Virus record (IMG/VR): IMGVR_UViG_3300032260_000020
Coordinates: 1-28,637 of that record
DNA length: 28,637 bases
Origin: a virus
Taxonomy: Duplodnaviria; Caudoviricetes
Reading direction: 5' to 3' (one strand)
Part shown: positions 27,403-28,637 of the stretch, piece by piece
Position numbering within the stretch: position 1 is the first letter of the stretch
Layout: each line of letters starts with the position of its first letter
Notes under the pieces: generated by a model
Databases searched by the model: none
Told to the model about the DNA's origin: nothing
The model's input: the letters and a program-made list of their open reading frames with translations, nothing else
Program-made: the position numbers and the translations under genes

Positions 27403-27827
27403 TAGAACCCCGTGTGCCTACTACAAACAGTAAAAGGTGGTGTATTTGCTAATTGTGCTGATAAGGAATTTACACTAAAAGTTCGTCTATCCTTCCAGTT
27501 TTGCGGACGTTCTACTATCTGCCATATGTGGTAGCTATTCTTTGTTAATTCGTCCCCATGTATGCGCTTATCACGGAATTGTATTAACCCGTCTAAGCTA
27601 TCACTGTAATATTCATCAGGCTTAACGCGTCTATATTCGCCCGTTGTTTCGTAGATTCTATGTGTCTTTGCAAATTTTTCTATTACATGAAATTTCTTGT
27701 TGGTATAAGCGCCTAATTGCATAACCTTTTGTTCTGTAAGGTCATATATGAATTCCCCTAATCCCGCCGCCCTGTATCCTACATATGCATAGCCTTCCGG
27801 TAATGGTATTTCTATGGTCTTTTTCAT
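27402..27827 (-). CDS. Hypothetical protein (141 aa)
   Basis: AGGAG RBS, ATGA overlap; weak internal duplication. Confidence 0.75.
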   Translation of the reverse strand: MKKTIEIPLPEGYAYVGYRAAGLGEFIYDLTEQKVMQLGAYTNKKFHVIEKFAKTHRIYETTGEYRRVKPDEYYSDSLDGLIQFRDKRIHGDELTKNSYHIWQIVERPQNWKDRRTFSVNSLSAQLANTPPFTVCSRHTGF

Positions 27828-28060
27828 GGTTTATTTCTCCTTTCCAAAGAAACGCAGTTATCAAATGTCAGTGTTGCGATTACTTCTTGATGTTCTGGCG
27901 TATCCCACATAAATTCAAATACTTTTTTGCTATGTACGATTGTTTGCGCCCTTTCCTGTTCTCCTAACGCCTGCCAGTGTTTAAGCCTTTCTGCGCTTGC
28001 AAGCATTTCTGTGGGGGTGTATATCTTGCCTACCTTAATTTCTTTGTCTTCTTCAAACAT
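27824..28060 (-). CDS. Hypothetical protein (78 aa)
   Basis: GAAGG RBS, TAATG overlap with the upstream gene. Confidence 0.7.
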   Translation of the reverse strand: MFEEDKEIKVGKIYTPTEMLASAERLKHWQALGEQERAQTIVHSKKVFEFMWDTPEHQEVIATLTFDNCVSLERRNKP

Positions 28061-28637
28061 TACCTTCTACCTTCGTTAAATTTGCGTATAAAAAACTTTA
28101 TCTCATTAGTGAAGATTTTTGGAAATTCTTTGTTTACTTCCGCAATAGTCGTTAAATTAACCTTTTTTGAGTTAAACATTTGAGCAACGCCGATACTTGA
28201 TACCCCTACAATGCGTTCAGCGTGTTTTGTTCCTGCGTACTGCTTACGTTTGGCCCATACGGTATTCGGCAACCGCTTGAATACTAATACGTTGTTGCGG
28301 CCCTGTGCCACAAATGATCCAGGTATAGGCTTAAATCCTGTTGACCGCTTAACGTTAAACTGCAGATCCCGTAAAGTGCCAGATTTGCGCCGTTTCCTGG
28401 CTTGTGCAAGGCTAACCCGCGTTTCCATGAAATTACGCGCATTGAATGCCCTGAATCTGATAACACGGATTTTTGCAGAAATATCCTTCCCTTTTTTGGC
28501 CGCTTTTATAACCTTGATTTCTGGCGCCACTTTTGGCCGCTTAATGTTGTAAGTTTTTGTGATCGTCCGTATAGAAATCGTTTTGCCTTTAGCAGCCGCT
28601 TTATTAACCGTTGAGCGTAGCGCCTTATCTCCAGTCT
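28060..28637 (-). CDS. Lambda gpZ-like minor tail / neck protein, 5' end outside the window
   Basis: Frame stays open past 28530 to the edge (TGDKALRSTVNKAAAKGKTISIRTITKTYNIK...); very basic; IPGSFVAQ...VFKR...SIGVAQMF pattern. Confidence 0.75.
   Translation of the reverse strand, partial: TGDKALRSTVNKAAAKGKTISIRTITKTYNIKRPKVAPEIKVIKAAKKGKDISAKIRVIRFRAFNARNFMETRVSLAQARKRRKSGTLRDLQFNVKRSTGFKPIPGSFVAQGRNNVLVFKRLPNTVWAKRKQYAGTKHAERIVGVSSIGVAQMFNSKKVNLTTIAEVNKEFPKIFTNEIKFFIRKFNEGRR

Larger units (their letters stand above)
1..28637 (-). mobile_element. Lambda-like tailed phage or prophage, packaging/head/tail/lysis region
   Basis: Co-oriented, tightly packed minus-strand genes in canonical siphovirus order: terminase, portal, protease-capsid, tail tube, chaperone, tape measure, tail tip, fibres, lysis. 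Confidence 0.97.

Noticed and set aside
244-28614. Numerous plus-strand and nested ORFs in the track
   Set aside because: They are antisense or out-of-frame shadows of well-supported minus-strand genes; the Pro/Ala-rich ones at 3455-6934 simply mirror the Gly/Ala repeats.
1-28637. Stop-codon reassignment suggested by in-frame stop-start junctions
   Set aside because: TAA, TGA and TAG all end recognisable full-length genes and coding density is high under the standard code.
1-28637. tRNA, rRNA, integrase or att site
   Set aside because: No intergenic space or motif supports them, so prophage status cannot be settled from this window.

Overview
The whole window is the late-gene region of a lambda-like siphovirus (phage or prophage; no integrase or host genes are visible), with every credible gene on the minus strand. 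From right to left it holds a partial gpZ-like gene, several small accessory ORFs, a lambda-type cos site (about 26066-26109), a Lar-like ORF, terS, two inserted ORFs, a gpA-type terL, a gpW-like gene, a lambda-type portal and a fused prohead protease/HK97-fold capsid gene with a strong internal start. Then come decoration and head-tail genes, the tail tube, a tail chaperone with a -1 frameshift product missing from the ORF track, the tape measure, a tail-tip protein and a tail fibre with an S74 chaperone domain. A two-gene exported-protein moron with its own terminator follows. The most unusual part is a four-gene module (2211-7828): a BppU-like protein, two paralogous proteins made of LamG-like heads plus about 33 copies of a roughly 20-aa beta-strand repeat (one fused to a tail-tip domain), and a conserved 141-aa structural protein. 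It may build a templated beaded fibre, which is an inference. A lysis cassette (holin-like, M15 endolysin, lipoprotein) and another secreted moron end the window. All family assignments come from motif recognition and gene order, not database searches.
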